From positions 96,162,001-96,226,000 of the forward strand of contig OX597823.1 of the NCBI GenBank assembly GCA_951406725.2: a DNA stretch of 64,000 bases. Direction: 5' to 3'. Under the pieces are notes generated by a model. The model searched no databases, was not told the DNA's origin, and saw only the letters and a program-made list of their open reading frames with translations. A program made the translations under genes and the position numbers. The first letter of the stretch is position 1. Every line of letters begins with the position of its first letter. Below are positions 25,400 through 40,023 of this stretch, piece by piece. This DNA is from Octopus vulgaris. Taxonomy: Eukaryota.

Positions 25400-27920
25400 T
25401 AGTATACAAGTGCAGAAGACGATGCTCTCGTCTATATTTGATGGTTCGCGGTACACCCTCCCACCCCCTCCATACTCACCGGAAGTTTCTATCCTCTGTC
25501 ATCCTTGGTTGTCTCCCGCGAACACTTCTAAGGGCCTCTGCCATCCCCTCACCTACCTAGGGTTTATTGATCATATGGCGCATAAAAATGGTGTAGTGTA
25601 TGCAGGTTGTAGTCTAGTGTTTATTTATGAATTCTGCCAAATGCAAGCTTTCTTTTCAGGTACACGACACTGCTGTCCCTCATCCCAGGGTCTCACAGGC
25701 CCACACCTCTCACACCCTCAGAGTTGGCACACTCAACGTCGGCACACTGAAAGGTAGGTCTGGTGAGATTGTTGAGATGCTTGAACGGAGACGTGTAGAT
25801 TTGTGCTGCATCCAAGAAGTAAGATGGAGAGGAGGTTCCGCTAGGTTCCGCTAGGTTCCCTACAGGCAAAGAACACACGTACAAGATTGTCTGGACAGGG
25901 AACACTGACCGGGTCGGAGGCGTGGGTATACTTCTTGCGGAGAAATGGGTTGATAAGGTAATCGAGGTAGTCAGAGTATGTGACAGAGTACTTAAGATTA
26001 GATTAGTGCGTCACCATAGATTAGCTACCATTATCTCGGCCTATGCCCCTCAGTCGGGACTACCGGATGTGTAGAAAGACCGATTCTATGACACCCTAAT
26101 GCAGACTACCTTGTTGACGAATGACAGGGACCTTCTCTTTGTGGCTGATGATTTTAATGGACATGTTGGACAACATGTAGGGGTCTTCCATGGCGTACAT
26201 GGAGGCTATGGTTTTGGTTCCCGCAATGAGGAGGGAACCAGGCTGCTGGAATTCTGCGATGTAAATGATCTTATGGTTTGCAATACCAACTTCAGGAAAC
26301 CCACCTCTCACCTAGTCACCTACCGTTCTGGCAGACACACTAGCCAAATTGACTACATCCTCGCAAGAAAAAGGGAAAGAGGGCTGCTTATAAATGCCAA
26401 AAAATTCCCCTCAACATAGATTAGTAGTTAGTGACTTCGGGATCAGGGCTAAATGGATGCCCAGAAGAAGACCAGCTTGGTGGAGAAGGGTCTGGAAGCT
26501 TAAAGATCCTGCAAATGGACATAGATTTAGAGACGTATTACTCGAAGCCTTCGACGAAATAGAAGGGGATATAGCTTCACATAATGTGGGAGACAACTGG
26601 AGGTTTCTACAGGACAACTTGCTGAGAGCCACTGACCAGATCTGTGGATGGTGCAAAGTTCCCTCTCGACCCAAGGTAACGTGGTGGTGGAACAATGTGG
26701 TTGACGGCTATTAGACAAAAGAAACAGGCTTGGAAGGACTGGAGGAACGGTGGTAACAGGGAATTGTATCAGACCTCCAGAAGGGAAGGTAGGAGATAAG
26801 TTTATTTAGCCAAAGGGGAAGCGGATAAGAAAAAATTTGCCAATGTTCTGCGCCGTGGGGACCAAAGACTTGAGGTATTTCGTGTTGCAAGACAGTTTGT
26901 GAGAGAGAATCGTGATGTAGGAGAGAAATGTGTTCGCATGGATGATGGCTCACTTGCGCTAAATGAGGCTGCAAAGAGAGATTTTTGGAGACGCCACCAT
27001 GAAAGGTTGCTGAATAAAGAAAATGAATGAGAGAAAGAGAGTTTGCCGAATGTCAACCCAACAGAGGGACCAGCTATCCGATTTGACAGTACCTTGGTAG
27101 ATAAAGCAATTGAGAGTATAAAGACAGGAAAAGCCCCCGGACCTTCAGGAATCCCTGCAGAGATGCTCAAAATATCTGGCAGTGTCGGCTATAGCCTAGT
27201 CACCCGTATAGTTAACCAGGTGATACACGATGGATTCATACCCAATGACTGGTGTAGCAGCACCATAGTCAACTGCTACAAAGGTAAAGGTGACGCTTTA
27301 GATACAAATAATTGCGTAGGTATGAAGTTATTGGATCAACTAGTTAGGGAAAGAGTCAGTTTAGATGAGATGCAGTTGGAGTTCGTGCCAAGGAAAAGCA
27401 CCACTGATGCTATATTTCTGGTAAGGCAGCTGCAGGAGAAATACCTAGCCAAAGATAAACCTCTGTACCTGGCTTTCGTTGACATGGAGAAAGCTTTTGA
27501 CAGGGTCCCCCAACCCTTATCTGGTGGTCAATGAGGAGACTAGGGATAGATGAATGGTTAGTGAGAGCTGTGCGAGCCATGTACAGGGACGCTGTCAGTA
27601 AGGTGAGGGTTGGCAACGAGTACAGTGAAGAATTCCGGGTAGAGGTAGGGGCCCACCAAGGTTCAGTCCTCAGCCCGCTCATATTTATCATAGTCCTCCA
27701 GGCAATAACAGAGGAATTCAAGACAGGATGCCCCTGGGAGCTCCTCTATGCTGATGACCATGCCCTAATTGCTGAGTCACTATCAGAACTAGAGGAGAAG
27801 TTTCAGAGTTTCTACCTACACTTTTTCTACAGATCGAGCAGGTCTATCTACCTGAAGGGGTTTGTGGTTTGTCTACCTTCCTACTTATTAGGACTTTGGT
27901 TTTAGCTAGGTTGACTCTCT
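25400..27920 (+). mobile_element. RTE LINE 5' portion (APE plus RT), truncated, last ~115 bp inverted
   Basis: TLNVGTL, DFNGHVG, SQIDYIL, FVDMEKAFDRVP, GAHQGSVLSPLIF, LLYADD; 27805-27920 read on the minus strand gives the downstream RVNLAKTKVL...CSICRK. The 5' start is approximate. Confidence 0.9.
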
Positions 27921-29121
27921 ATATATATATATAGGTGTGTGTGTAGATAAAGATAGATTGTTCTGTCTTTCTGTCTATCTATCAACCCAGTTATCTACCT
28001 GTCTGTCCATCTCCCTACCTATCTCCCGTCTACCTCTATGTCCACAAGCCTTTTATACATCCTTAGACTTTTAAAACTTTTATATTATCCACGAACCATT
28101 AAGGCCTTTATGTCCGTGATCCTTTAATCCGCGATCCTTTATATCTGTGATCCTTTATATCCCCCCAACCAATTACAGAAACTTAAACCTCCTTCGACTC
28201 TGCTCCCTTTTTTATATATTCTATATCGTTTCACTTTATTTTCTTTCGTTTCGCTTCCCCTCTATATTGTATCTTATCCTGCTTTATTTTATGTTACGTC
28301 TTGTCATCTTCTTCTCTGTCAATCCTACAAACAGCATTACCCTGTTATCTTACTAAAGTATATGAGTGTATGTATAGATGCATGCACGTATATATGTGCG
28401 TATGCATATGTGTGTGTGAATGTTTATATATTATGTATGTGTGTGTCTGTGTGTATAAAGTTGTTAGCTATGCACCATGAGAAGCATTCAAGTTGTTTAT
28501 AGAAAGAAGTACAATTTACCTCTTCAAATCTTGACTATTGAAAATTTCTCAATAATATAAAAAATACAGCAAGTTATTATTTTTGCTTTAGTTGACACAG
28601 AGCTTTTATAATAAAAAAAAAAAACATTGAAATGTTAAAGATATATGAAAGAAGAATTCAGAACTTGTCACTGTGTGAATAGATACAATTTCATGGCGTC
28701 TGCATTTTATAAAAAGTGGGGCGTTGCAATATTTAACGTTAGACCAACTTCTTTTCACTCGTTTGTTCAATATAATTTTGATCCAGACTTTGCAACCTTC
28801 AGAGATAAGCATTTACCTCACTTATCTTTTATCATTGGCTTGTTCTAGATATTAGACTGTGGCCATGTTGGGGTATTGCTTGAAGAATTCTACTTGAACG
28901 AATCAACCCCAGTAGTTATTGCTTTTTCATAAAGCCTGGTACTTATTCTATTGGTCCCTTTTGCTGAACTGTTAAATTGCGGGGCCATAAACACACCAAC
29001 ATCGGCTGTCAAGCAGTGGTAGGGAACAAGCTCACACACACACACACACACATACTCACACACATGCACACAAACACATACATACATATGTACATACATA
29101 CATACGTACATATATATATAT

Positions 29122-30424
29122 ATCATCATCATCATCATCATCATCATTTAACGTCCACTTTCCATGCTGGCATGGGTTGGACGATTTGACTGAGGACTGG
29201 CAAACCAGATGGCTGCACCAGTCTCCAATCTGATCTGGCAGAGTTTCTACAGCTGGATGCCCTTCCTAATGCCAACCACTCCAAGAGTGTAGTGGGTGCG
29301 TTTACATGCCACTGGCACAAGGGCCAGTCTGGCGGTACTGGCAACGGCCACGCTCAAATGGTGCTTTTTATGTGCCACCTGCATAGGAGTCAGTCCAGAG
29401 GCACTGGCAACGACCTTGCTCGAATATTTTGTTCATGTGCCACTGGCACCAGTGCCAGTAAGGCAACGCAGGTAACGCTCATGCTCAAATGGTGCTTTTT
29501 ACGTGCCACTGGCACGGTAGCCAGACAGCTGCTCTGCAGTGATCTTATACGGATGGAGCTGTTAGCGCTCCACTGGCACGGGTGCCAGTCATCGAATTTG
29601 GTTCAATTTGGTTCATCGAATTTGGTTCAAGAGGTCTTCGTAAGGTTGGCATGGGTGCCAGTCGAATTTGGTTCGATTTTGATTTCGATTTCTCTTGCCT
29701 CAACAGGTCTTCGCAAGCAAAGTTTAGTGTCCAAAGGAAAGGTACGCATAAGTGGGCTGGCTACACCCCTGGTAAAGGCCACGGGTTATGGTCTCACTTG
29801 TCTTGCCGGGTCTTCTCAAGCACTGCATATTTCCATTAGGCCTCGGTGAGGCCTAATGTTCGAAGGTCATGCTTCAACACCTCATCCCAGATTTTCCTGG
29901 GTCTACCTCTTCCACAGGCTCCCTCAACCACTAGGGTGCGGCACTTTTTCACACAGCTATCCACCTCCATTCTCGCCATATGACCATGCCACCGCAATTG
30001 TCTGTCTTGCACATCACAACTGATGCTTGTTAGGTCCAACTTTTCTCTCAAGGTACTTACATTCTGTCTAGTATGCACATTGACATTACACATCCATCGG
30101 AGCATACTGGCTTCATTCCTTGCGAGCTTATGCATGTCCTCAGCAGTCACGGCCCATGTTTCGCTGCCATGTAGCATGGCTGTCCGTACACATGCGTCAT
30201 ACAGTCTACCTTTTACTCTGAGCGAGAGGCCCTTTGTACCAGCAAAGGTAAGAGCTCTCTGAACTTTTCCCAGGCTATTCTTATTCTAGCAGCTACACTC
30301 TCAGTGCACCTTCTCCCGCTACTGACTTGGTCACCTAGGTAATGGAAGCTATTAACTACTTCTGGTTTTTCTCCCTGAAATGTGGCAGAAGCTGTTCTCT
30401 GCGCATTTTCAGTATTTATATACA

Positions 30425-30425
<1 letters not shown>
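29122..30425 (-). mobile_element. RTE LINE 3' fragment with 3'UTR and (GAT)n tail
   Basis: FHYLGD, MLHGSETWAV, LRWHGH, GRGRPRKIW; (CAT)n at ~29122-29147. Confidence 0.9.
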
Positions 30426-30501
<76 letters not shown>

Positions 30502-30530
30502 TTTATTAATAAAGCTGCAAAGACGTCACA

Positions 30531-30577
30531 AAAAATGGTTCTTCAGAGTTTCATGTTCCTGTTCGTCAGATAGTTTT
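30531..30577 (-). ncRNA. Minimal hammerhead ribozyme motif, 3' side degraded
   Basis: AAAACUAU CUGACGA ACA-GGAA-CAU GAAACUCUGAAG; homologous to 13171-13216 including the flank. Confidence 0.55.
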
Positions 30578-30664
30578 AGATAAATAGATAAATAGCTTGG
30601 TAGGTAGATAGACGGATAGATGTTTTAGCTTACATGTGGGAAGTGACTTGCAAAATAACCTTAC

Positions 30665-30887
30665 CTGAGTGGTGATTGAGGTGTGTGTGTTGGTTTTATC
30701 ATACACCCAAGAACTGCACTTCTGTGTAGTTCCATTTCCATTTTCTGTGGTATTGGAATATATCAAACATTTTTCATAAACCACCTCTCCTTTATCCTCA
30801 ATCTTTGGAATATATTCGTTGATCAGTTCTTCATGGATTTCACTTTGGATTTTATACGTGTCATTGTCGTAACCAGGAATAGCACAC
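30665..30887 (-). CDS. SLC22-family transporter, coding exon 2 (223 nt; large extracellular loop)
   Basis: tattttcctag acceptor and gtaagg donor; encodes (R)CAIPGYDNDTYKIQSEIHEELINEYIP...CLIYSNTTENGNGTTQKCSSWVYDKTNTHTSITTQ with the conserved cysteines, N-glycosylation sequons and WVYD motif; phase 2 to 0 fits its neighbours. Confidence 0.93.
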
Positions 30888-31353
30888 CTAGGAAAATATA
30901 CAAAATAGGTTTCTTTGATCTTTCATTTAAATTTAGTTACATCTTCTGTGGCTTTCAGACTTGTGGGCCTTACCATACATTTGAAAATATTTCGTTTGAT
31001 GAATTTTATAGACAGAAATAAGTATTCTTGTCTCGCTGCAGAGGTCCAGTGTACTGTCTCTCACTTAAGGCGACTGAATTATACTGAAACACTGGCTGTT
31101 TCAGAGTCTGCCATGTCACTGAATTCTGCATTGTCAGCACACATCGTCTCAAAGGGAGAAACGTTTATTCAGGCAAAGTCCAAGAACGCGAAACATTATT
31201 TACTTTTCAGGTCTGCTGGAATACACGCATCAGTGATCTGATTCTCACTGATTTCCATGCTCTGGGTAATTTAATATATAATATGCATACACACTTACAC
31301 ACTTACACACGCATATGTATGAATGTATACAAGGTGTTTTCCACTAATATATG

Positions 31354-31443
<90 letters not shown>

Positions 31444-31446
<3 letters not shown>

Positions 31447-31973
31447 TGTGTCCCAAAAAAATGTATACACTTGCTGCAACAGTCTGTCATGCCAAGCATT
31501 AGAGAGGACTTTGAACAGGAAGAGTTTTATTTCTAGCAAGATGGGGCACCTCCACACTACCATTGCGATGTTAGATCCTTTCTTGATGGGATCTTGCCAA
31601 ACAGGTGGATTGGACGGAGAGGTTTTGTCGAATACTCTCCACGTTCACCAGACCTCACACCACTAGACTTCTTTTTATGGGGATACCTAAAGGACAAAGT
31701 CTACGCACAGAAACCTGCAACAGTCGTTCAATTGAGGGCAACCATTGAACATGAATGTACGAATATACCAAGGGAATTGTTCCATGATGTGTGCCATTCC
31801 ATCGCTTCGCGTTGTCAGCAGTGTCTGGAGCAGAACGGACATCAGTTTGAGAACATGCGATAACAAGACAATAGAATGATATTTGTAAATTCTTTTACAT
31901 GTTGAAAATTATTCGAATTATAATAAACCCCAAATTTACAATTATTTAAGGTGCGTATACATCTTTTGGGGAC

Positions 31974-31979
<6 letters not shown>
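31444..31979 (+). mobile_element. Internally deleted Tc1/mariner of the DD41D (rosa/Visitor) type
   Basis: TIRs CAGTGTGTCCCAAAAAAATGTATAC / GTATACATCTTTTGGGGACACCCTA within (TA)n; QDGAPPH...RWIGR...PRSPDLTPLD with 41 residues between the aspartates (counted). Confidence 0.85.
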
Positions 31980-32043
<64 letters not shown>

Positions 32044-32064
32044 CATACATACATATATATATAT

Positions 32065-34553
32065 TGGTCATTTTGCCAGTTTAGCCAATAAAAACACACG
32101 CACTATGTATATTTGGTGTTACTTTGCTTCAGTGTTATTTATTTTTTACATTAATCTTAATCTTATTTCGGCCAGAGTTCTTTCGTCACACTCCTGTGAC
32201 CGCATCAGTGGTCCTTTGTTTTCTTCTTTCTTATTTGTGTCTCTCCTTACTAACCGTCAGCCATTTTGTATTTCTATTGTATGCCTTCTTTTGCGCATGC
32301 TTATATCTCTATGTGCGTCTATGTTTATTTAGTGTGTGTGTGGGGGGGGGGATGCCTGTAATATTTGTATCTTCTGTTTATATACGTTCATGTAATTTGT
32401 TTTTGTTGTTGTCGTTTTTGTTTATTCTTATTTTGTTCATGTGTTTATATCCACTTATTATTATTATCATTACGTATGCTTGTATGTATGTATGTATAAC
32501 AACAATACTTGTAATAATAATAATAATAATAAATAAATAAAAATCTTTTAAATTTAAAAAAAAAATATAGTTATTTATTTCTATTTGTTTATTTATCTGT
32601 GTATTTTATTTATTATGTTTTCAGTTTTGTTTATATTGTAACTAATTTATTGGGATCCTCTACCGTCATATGTTGTGGTGTGTTAGGGATTCATTCCAGT
32701 TTCCTATTCAGGCTAGGTTTATCTTCTATTATGTGTGTAGCTTCTGTAATTTGTCTGATTGTTGCATCTTTTCTATGTGTGGACAATATTTTAATTTCTA
32801 TGTCGTTGATTGATCCCCCGTGTTCCTGTTCGGCGTGTTGGTACATAATCGATGAGCTTTTACCTTCCTTGAGTTCTCTCCAGTGGTCATTAACCCGCTC
32901 TCCTACGCTTCTTGCCGTTTCCCCTATGTATGTCGTTGTCTTGTTACTGCATCGTCCCTCTATACATCTTATACTATAGACTACATTTCTGGCTTTACAG
33001 TTTGTTTGTGGGCTAAATCTACATACAGTACAGTACAGTTCCGTACAGGGGGTTCTACTAAAAGGATAGGTTCTACCGATTATAGATTTGATAGGGTTGC
33101 CAGGCTTTTCAACAACCTTAATCCTTAGCTTAAGTGTGTCTAGGGTCCTTCTAAAGCGGTACGCCAGTTCACCTCCAGGGGTGGTGTCAACGAACATGAC
33201 ACTCTGGTATTTATGGCTATCATACCAAGAGTTGGCCTTCCCTATTTTCTTTTTTGTCCTTTCTATAGTGTTCCATGACTTGTTCCTATAGAGTGGGCAA
33301 ATCCCATTTCTATCATTACATAATATATTATCAAATTTCTTCATGGCTCCTTTGTATACTCTGATCCTTTCTTTATGGCTGTAACCTGAGAACTGCATGC
33401 GGTGAATGAAATATTGTATATGTCTCTTTAATTCTGTAGGCTCGCACATGCGTGACACATTTCTCATTATTCTGACGAGGTCTGCCATCAAAATATTGAA
33501 TTTGGCATTGTCCGCAATGGCTGAGTTCTGGTGGATCAAGTATTTGAGGCCATAGGTTTGGCATAGTACTAATGAAGGATTTGGGTTTTATTATTCACAA
33601 TTTCTAGCCAGAGTTCTGTGTCTAGTACTGGTAGTCTATGGTTGGGGTGTTTAGTGGGGTAGTCTATTGTGACCTTAATACTCTGGTGGATGGAGTTAGC
33701 TATTTGCTTGATGCTCTCCATAGTATTAGTTTCTATTGCTATATCAACAGTACTCTCTCGTGGGGGTGCCTTTACCACTATGTTGATATCATCAACATAG
33801 CGAGAGTACATGTTTACGAGTATGGAGTTCTGTGTTAGGCGTTCTTTAAGCCTTCTGTCCCACCATACCATGAACAGGTTGGCCACATCACCAGCGATAC
33901 TAACGCCGATGGCTGCCCTCTCGTCCTGGGCATATATTTTATTGTTAAACTTAAACGTGTGGCCTTTTAGGGTAACTCTTATACTAGCTCCTAGTGCATG
34001 TGCGATCATTTTCTTTACCTGATGGATATTTGCGGGGCTTCGTATGGCTCTGGTCGATCCGCGCCATCTTTCTATATGTGTCTTCTTAGCCATAGAAGTA
34101 ATTGTGGGCGGTCTACCTCTTAAACATCTACTGGGGCAGAAACTACTAAGATTATGTTTATCTAGGTATTCATTGTCACATGTCAGTCTAAGTAGGAGGC
34201 CCAGTTCCTCTGTGTTGACATTACGGAACTCCACCTGGCTCTCGTTGATCATCTCCACGCACTTCTCCACCGCAAAATCTACGTCGATCGATGGGTATAG
34301 GGATACCACATCCATGCTACCCACCATACATCCTGTCAGGTCACAAGTGTTGTTACAGTCATTGATCCTGCTGAGGAGATCTTCTGTGCTGTCACAAACA
34401 TCAGGTGACATCCGGATTATAGGGCGTATGATCATTGAGAGGAAGTAGGAGATTCTGTAATTGCTAGCGATATTCGCTCCACAGACTGGTCTTGTTGGTG
34501 GTCCTGCTATAGGGTCAGTGGTTACTTTATGGTCCTTGCGAAGTCCATACAGT
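32065..34553 (-). mobile_element. Penelope-like retroelement (RT plus GIY-YIG), 5'-truncated
   Basis: LYGLRKDHK...RPV, SMDVVSLYPSI, RYVDD, LPVLD, then NVVYSIRC...YIGET...EATHI...LNRK; one in-frame stop at 33569 splits the ORF; the 3' region carries an HHR-like motif. Confidence 0.92.
32170..32214 (-). ncRNA. Hammerhead-like motif in the PLE 3' region (A9C variant)
   Basis: GGACCA CUGAUGC G GUCAC-AGGAGU-GUGAC GAAA GAAC UC UGGCC. Confidence 0.5.
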
Positions 34554-34597
34554 GACCTATCGGTACTATGTTTACGTGATAAAGAAATAGATAGATA

Positions 34598-34672
<75 letters not shown>

Positions 34673-34906
34673 TAATAATAGAGAACGAATGGGGGGGGGG
34701 CATTAGGGTTACGATCTACGCGTTAAACATGGAGAACATGAACGAGGTTGAGAAGTCAAATTTTTTCTTATCTCGGCATCTTCTGAGATCCGTGTTCTAT
34801 CAGCAAAGGAATTGAATTTATTAAATGATTACAAATATATGTATGAGTGGTACAAATCATGAAATGGAAAAAGGCAATAACTGCATAAACAGACATATAT
34901 GTACGC

Positions 34907-35627
<721 letters not shown>

Positions 35628-35646
35628 GGGAGTAAATCCAAACTTA

Positions 35647-35764
35647 CAGGTAAAAATTAGATTTATGATTAAATCAAATTTCACAGTATAAATATAAATT
35701 AAATTAATTTAATTTATATTTATACTGTGAAATTTGATTTAATCCTAAATCTAATTTTTACCTG
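35647..35764. repeat. 118-bp near-perfect palindrome
   Basis: CAGGTAAAAATTAGATTTA...AAATT|AATTT...TAAATCTAATTTTTACCTG, centre at 35705/35706. Confidence 0.9.
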
Positions 35765-35942
35765 GGGGTATTATCTCTAATTTAATTTATATATATATAT
35801 ATTACGGAGATGTACTCGCATAGCAAGTGATTTGATCTGAGATCGTGTGCTGAAACGAAAACAATTGCAGCGTGGAAGGTGTTTGTAAGCCATTTAAGAA
35901 ACACACAAAAGCCGTTCGATTCACTTTAACATTTAAGTTTAA

Positions 35943-35992
35943 TTTGTCAAAATATTTTCGTCGCTAAAATCCGCGACCTGTTCACTGACAAA
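35943..35992 (-). ncRNA. Minimal hammerhead ribozyme, G3-C8 variant
   Basis: Reverse complement of 39350-39399. Confidence 0.7.
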
Positions 35993-36156
35993 AATCCGTG
36001 CTGCATCTGAGCAAGTAACAGTTAGTTCGTCATATATATGTACGTATGTATGTGTGTATGCATACACATATGTATGCATGTATGTATGTATGTATGTATG
36101 TATGTATGTATGTATGTATGTATGTATGTATGTATGTATGTATGTATGTGTGTGTA

Positions 36157-37425
36157 CGAGGGGCGTTCAATAAGTAATGCCCCTGACCCACTTGCATTTG
36201 TTTGATCTAGCTGAAATTTTGCATGTGCACTTATTTATAACTCTATAGATTAAGTGGCGAATTACAGCTCTGAATTAATTGTGGTTTCTGATTTACAGGT
36301 GTTTGAACTAAGTCAAGTGTGAAATGGAGCCTGTTGAGTGTCGAGCAGTGATCTGGTTTTTGTATTTGAAAGGACGCACACCACGGGAGACTTTTGATGA
36401 AATGAAAGTAACTTATGGTGATAATGCCCCATCATATGACCTTGTAAAACGCTAGCATCGTGAATTCAAACATAGTCGGAACTCTGTGGAAACAGCTCCC
36501 AGATCTGGTCGCCCCCTTCTGCCGTTGATGAGACGTCTGTCCGTCAAGTTGAGGCTGCCATTTTGGAAGGTCAACGCATAACTATTCGCCAAATAGCCCA
36601 TAAGGTCAAGATTAGTACCGGGTCTGTGGAAACTATCATTCATGACCATTTGCATATGCAAAAGGTGTCTGCCAGATGGATTTCCAGGTTGCTCACACCT
36701 TTCCAGAAGCAAGAACGCGTTGAGTGCTCGAGGATGAATTTGGAGATGTGCCAAGAAAATGAATCAAAATTTTTCAAAAGACTGATCACACAGGATGAAA
36801 CCTGGGTCCATCACTATGATCCATAGACCAAAGCCCAGTCAATGCAGTGAAAGCACCGTGACTCACCTCCTCCAAAGAAGGCAAGGGTGCAGCCCTCCGC
36901 TGACAAGGTTATGCTCACAGTCTTCTGGGACCAGGACGGAGTAGTGATGACAGATTTCCTGGCAAAGGGTACCACAATTTCAGGAGCCTATTATGCTTCA
37001 CTTTTGAGGAAATTAAGAGAAGCTATCAAAATCGAGAGGCGGGGCAAGATCAGCAAAGCATTCTCCTCCTGCAGGACAACGCTCCGGTCCACAACTCGCG
37101 TGTCGCCAGATCAGAAGCACAGGCGTGCAGCTATGAACTCCTCCCCTTGCACCCTCTGATTTTCACCTCTTCCCAGCCATGAAGTTGATTTTGAAAGGAA
37201 AGCGTTTCCCAGATGATTTAGCCTTGATTTCTGAAGTCACGTCGTGGTTGGAGGACCAAGCTGGGGTCTTCTACAAAAACGGTCTCCAGAGCTGTATCAA
37301 ACGATGGGAGAAATGCATAACTCTGAGTAGTTCCTATGTAGGAAAAGACTAATAACTGTGCCAAGTGTCGTTGCTCTACTGCTATGGGAAGTGGGTCAGG
37401 GGCATTACTTATTGAACGCCCCTCG
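36157..37425 (+). mobile_element. Mariner, second copy (pseudogenised)
   Basis: Same TIRs and sequence as 22797-24085, with stops and a ~21-bp deletion; the TA TSD is confirmed by the empty site in the inverted duplicate (~39150-39160). Confidence 0.95.
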
Positions 37426-39349
37426 TATATGCACGCACATACACACTATAAACATAAAGCTATAAACCTGTAGTGATGGATAGATGTAGAGTGACCACTC
37501 ATCACAATAATATCAAATTTCAACCTCCCCCGCCGAAACTAGGAAGTGATTTACGACCCAAACACACCAAACTAACCCTAAAACCTATTATCAGACATTT
37601 ATGTCTATATCACAGAACTTTTGTTTTACTATTGTGCGTATGTATGTATGTATGTATGTACATACATACGCATGTGCGTATGTATGTATACGCGCACGTA
37701 TGCATGTGCCCATGTATGTGTGTGTGTACATGTACGTGCGTATGTACGTGTGTATGCCCATACGTAGGTATGTATGTATGTTTGTACTCATGTGCTACGT
37801 ATGTATGTGAGTGTCTGGGAGAATGGGCAGACGCGTCTGTGAGAGTGTGTACATGTGTATGTGTATGTGAACGTATGTCCGTGTACTGGCATGTGTCCGT
37901 CCAAGTTGTGTACATGACTGTTACTTTGTTGAAGGTTGTATACATACTCACATATATGTTTGTATAGACGTACACACAGATATATATATGTGTGGGTGTG
38001 TGTTTGTTCCTCTCATCACCGTCTACCTGTGAATGGATACAACGCCTAAGTGATTGGGACTATACAGTTTGTTGTCAAACTTAAAAATACCTTAGCATAC
38101 AGGACTCACTGTGAGCGCTGGCAGGGATGGACAAAGCCGGACTACTCACCTTCAAGTGCACACGACATTCGAACCACCATCGCACATTCTATCGGTGTCA
38201 GCCTGAGAATTACGCTAAAAACGCATATTTTTAAGTTTGACAACAAACCGATGCAATGTTGAGACAGGTCACAGAAGCTGTTTGTATACAAGAATACAAA
38301 CCTACTCTCAACCGAAAATCCGAATGGAGCAACATCCAGATCCCATTCAGAAGGACTATTCTATAACCACCACCCCTCTCTCTCTCTCTCTCTCTCTCTC
38401 GTTTACTTGTAATCCTTACATACATGTTGCAATGCGTATGTGCAGTTATATATAACCGTATGAGCGTACGTTGTTTGATACGTACAGTTGCACTTAGGCG
38501 TTGTATCCATTCACAGGTAGACGGTGATGAGAGGAACAAACACACACCCACACATATATATATATGTGTGTACGTCTATACAAACATATATGTGAGTATG
38601 TATACAACCTTCAACAAAGTAACAGTCATGTACACAACTTGGACGGACACATGCCAGTACACGGACATACGTTCACATACACATACACATGTACACACTC
38701 TCACAGACGCGTCTGCCCATTCTCCCAGACACTCACATACATACGTAGCACATGAGAACAAACATACATACATACCAACGTATGGGCATACACACGTACA
38801 TACGCACGTACATGTACACACACACATACATGGGCACATGCATACGTGCGCGTATACATACGCACATGCGTATGTATGTACATACACACATACATACATA
38901 CATACATACATACATACATACATACATACATACATACATACATACGCACAATAGTAAAACAAAAGTTCTGTGATATAGAGATAAATGTCTGATAATAGGT
39001 TTTAGGGTTAGTTTTGGGAGTGAGGGTCGTAAATCACTTCCTAGTTTCGGCGGGGGAGGTTGAAATTTGATATTATTGTGATGAGTGGTCACTCTACATC
39101 TATCCATCACTACAGGTTTATAGCTTTATGTTTATAGTGTGTATGTGCGTGCATATACACACACATACATACATACATACATACATACATACATACATAC
39201 ATACATACATACATACATACATACACAGGCGTATGTACGTACATACATACATACATACATACATGCATACATATGTGTATGCATACACACATACATACGT
39301 ACATATATATGACGAACTAACTGTTACTTTCTCAGATGCAGCACGGATT

Positions 39350-39399
39350 TTTGTCAGTGAACAGGTCGCGGATTTTAGCGACGAAAATATTTTGACAAA
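39350..39399 (+). ncRNA. Minimal hammerhead ribozyme, G3-C8 variant
   Basis: UUUGUCA GUGAACA G GUCGC-GGAUUUUA-GCGAC GAA AAUAUU U UGACAAA; 7-bp stem I, 5-bp stem II, palindromic stem III. Confidence 0.7.
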
Positions 39400-39475
39400 T
39401 TAAACTTAAATGTTGAAGTGAATCGAACGGCTTTTGTGTGTTTCTTAAATGGCTTACAAACACCTTCCACGCTGC

Positions 39476-39520
<45 letters not shown>

Positions 39521-39880
39521 TCAATTGAAATTAATTAATTGAAATTAATTAATTTGGAATAATCATTAATTTCACCAAGTAGATTTCGGTATGTAAAAGA
39601 CCCATTCAAGGAAGGTTTAAGTAATTAAGGGTTTAGCAACGATTTGCCTTACCACACACCGGATTTAGAAATAGCAGTCAATTAATTAATTTCACCCTAT
39701 ATTATTATTGATAATTATATTTCGAAAACCCATGATGTGGGTGGGTGTTGGAGTGAGAAAGGTTTTTAATCCAAACAACAAAAGAAAAAAATGTCGCAAG
39801 GAATTTTGGGTTTGAAGCACCACCATTTGAACCACCCACCTGGAATAAATAATAATACGAAGAAATCATTATAAACTTAC

Positions 39881-40023
39881 CTGTAATCTAAGTCAGGTGT
39901 AATAAAAACCATGCTTCCAATGTGTAAACCATCCATAATGGTTGAAGAGAAGAGGAAAGCTAGCATCAGTTTCTGATAAAGTCCACATCCTCCAATTGTC
40001 CCAATCACTTCTTCGTAGTCCAT
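39881..40023 (-). CDS. SLC22 first coding exon, proximal duplicate (143 coding nt)
   Basis: ACCATGG start; MDYEEVIGTIGGCGLYQKLMLAFLFSSTIMDGLHIGSMVFITPDLDY(R); AG|GTAAGT donor; same coding sequence as 42112-42254. Whether it is used is unknown. Confidence 0.65.

Larger units (their letters stand above)
35864..39478 (+). mobile_element. Internally deleted Penelope-like element with inverted ~1-kb pseudo-LTR
   Basis: 35864-38050 (excluding the mariner) is the reverse complement of 38493-39478. The spacer encodes RTHCERWQG...IAHSIGVSLRITLKTHIFKFDNK and then RQVTEAVCIQEYKPTLNRKSEW, homologous to the RT and endonuclease ends of the PLE at 32691-34435. Confidence 0.8.
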
